Of a stretch of DNA of 64,000 nt, positions 62,535 through 64,000 are shown one piece after another. The stretch is from NCBI GenBank assembly GCA_977020255.1, contig CDROCS010002469.1, forward strand, positions 1 to 64,000, written 5' to 3'. The number at the start of each line of letters is the position of its first letter. The stretch's first letter is position 1. The notes under the pieces were generated by a model. The model was not told where the DNA came from. It saw only the letters and a list, made by a program, of their open reading frames with translations, and made no database searches. Source of the DNA: Obrimoposthia wandeli. Taxonomy: Eukaryota. The position numbers were made by a program, and so were the translations under genes.

Positions 62535-63089
62535 ATGGGAAAAAAACTCCTATTTATTTTAGACAATATAGAAAGCTATATTTGTCGCACTTTATTAGCT
62601 ATTTTTGTCTGCTTATTATTTTTACAAATTCTATCTAGACAATTCTTCAGTTACTCATTTTCTTGGAATGAAGAACTTTCAGTTTACTTATTTGTATGGT
62701 TTGTATTCTTTGGTGCCAGTTATGCTGCCAAACTAGCTGCTCACAACCGAGTCACCTTCCAGTTCAAAATTTTACCTAGCTTTATGCGCCCAATCCTTGA
62801 GTTCATCTCGGATTTAGTTTGGATTGCTTTTAACCTTTACTTTGTTTACCTCTCCATTGACTTCATTTTCAACAAAATGTTGCCTTTTAACAAATCTCAA
62901 ACCCTTGGCATTCATATGAAATACTTTTATATGGTACTGCCCATTGCGTTTACATTAATGACTATCCGCATTATTCAAGTGAACTACTACAAACTTGTTT
63001 TAGGCATTGATGTTCGTGACCCGGATACAAAAGAATTAGACGAGATAAAAGAATTAGAACTAGATCTTTCCGAAGACGATAAAAAATAA
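62535..63089 (+). CDS. TRAP small permease (DctQ family)
   Basis: WNEELSVYLFVW, GASYAAKLAAHNRV; hydrophobic segments. Confidence 0.87.
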   Translation: MGKKLLFILDNIESYICRTLLAIFVCLLFLQILSRQFFSYSFSWNEELSVYLFVWFVFFGASYAAKLAAHNRVTFQFKILPSFMRPILEFISDLVWIAFNLYFVYLSIDFIFNKMLPFNKSQTLGIHMKYFYMVLPIAFTLMTIRIIQVNYYKLVLGIDVRDPDTKELDEIKELELDLSEDDKK

Positions 63090-63122
63090 CAAGTAAAGCG
63101 GATTTAGCTTTAGGAGCTTTTC

Positions 63123-64000
63123 ATGGCAGAATCATCCATAGTACTTGTGCTGTTTGGAACATTCTTGTTCCTACTATTTATAGGCGCCCCCGTGACTGTG
63201 TCACTCGGCGCTGCAGCATTAGCCACTTATTTCTCTTTAGACAAAACCCCTATTGTTATGGTGCAAATGGCATTCAGATCAGTAGGTAATTTTCCATTAA
63301 TGGCACTCCCCGCTTTTATTTTAGCAGGGGCATTAATGGAAGCCGCAGGCATATCAAAGCGACTGGTCGCTGTCGCTGAAAGTTTTGCAGGCCCGTTCAC
63401 GGGCGGTATTTCTGCAGCTACCGTTCTAGCGTGTATGTTTTTTGGTGCTATTTCAGGATCGGGCCCAGCAACAACCGCCGCTGTCGGCATGTTAATGATC
63501 CCAGCAATGGTCAAACGTGGTTACGATAAAGGTTATGCTTCTGCTATTACGGCTTCTGCCGGTGGCTTAGGTATCATTATCCCGCCTTCAATCCCTATGG
63601 TAATTTACGGCATATCAGCCATAGGTTTAAGTGTACCTTTAGAAGCTGTCGCCAAATATGGTACTTTCCAAAGCGTATCTATCACTAAGATGTTTGTTGC
63701 AGGGGTAATACCTGGATTAGTCATCTCGTTAAGTTTATTAATACTTAACTATTTCCGCTGTCGTGCCTACGGCTATAAAGGTAGCGGAGCAGATTGGGAC
63801 ATGTGTGTTGTTGCTAAAGCAGTGCGCAGTGGGTTTTGGTCAATATTGGCACCCGTGGTTATTTTAGGCGGAATTTATTCAGGTTGGTTCACACCAACTG
63901 AATCAGCCATCATTGCCATTTTCTATACCTTATTTGTCGGTATCGTTATCCATAGAGAGCTCAAGCTAAAAGATATTTTCCGCTCTTTAGAAACGACTAC
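63123..64000 (+). CDS. TRAP large permease (DctM family), truncated by the window end
   Basis: Not in the ORF track. Reads MAESSIVLVLFG..., FPLMALPAFILAG, FFGAISGSGPAT, GLGIIIPPSIP, FTPTES. Confidence 0.9.
   Translation, partial: MAESSIVLVLFGTFLFLLFIGAPVTVSLGAAALATYFSLDKTPIVMVQMAFRSVGNFPLMALPAFILAGALMEAAGISKRLVAVAESFAGPFTGGISAATVLACMFFGAISGSGPATTAAVGMLMIPAMVKRGYDKGYASAITASAGGLGIIIPPSIPMVIYGISAIGLSVPLEAVAKYGTFQSVSITKMFVAGVIPGLVISLSLLILNYFRCRAYGYKGSGADWDMCVVAKAVRSGFWSILAPVVILGGIYSGWFTPTESAIIAIFYTLFVGIVIHRELKLKDIFRSLETT

Overview
64 kb of AT-rich chromosomal DNA, probably from a marine gammaproteobacterium (Oceanospirillales-like is a guess from gene content). In order: bdhA; a tRNA operon (Asn plus four identical Pro-TGG); an XRE-cupin regulator; deaD; a can/class II aldolase/PLP decarboxylase group and a methyltransferase; a partial phenylacetate cluster (paaJ-I-G, Y, Z, K, X, with no paaABCDE/F/H); a TRAP transporter; an MBL hydrolase, LysR, flavin monooxygenase and DUF2783-like gene; a homogentisate-type lower pathway (maiA, MarR, VOC protein, fahA) with no hmgA; yghU; an EAL sensor; housekeeping genes (rraA, ltaE, cysB, rluC, rne, trmJ, roxA); an apparently inactive DEDDh exonuclease behind LexA boxes; a cytochrome P460-family lipoprotein; soeABC; a CobS/CobT-like AAA+/VWA pair; yaeH; and a second TRAP operon cut by the window end. 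Best leads: (1) a probable organosulfonate regulon marked by 23-bp-period direct repeats, in which a CobN-less AAA+/VWA pair accompanies SoeABC; (2) an aromatic funnel with an uncharacterised hydroxylase module and a VOC protein in place of HmgA; (3) a ~151-bp MITE family with 9-bp target duplications; (4) an SOS-boxed pseudo-nuclease. All calls come from reading motifs by eye; no database searches were run.
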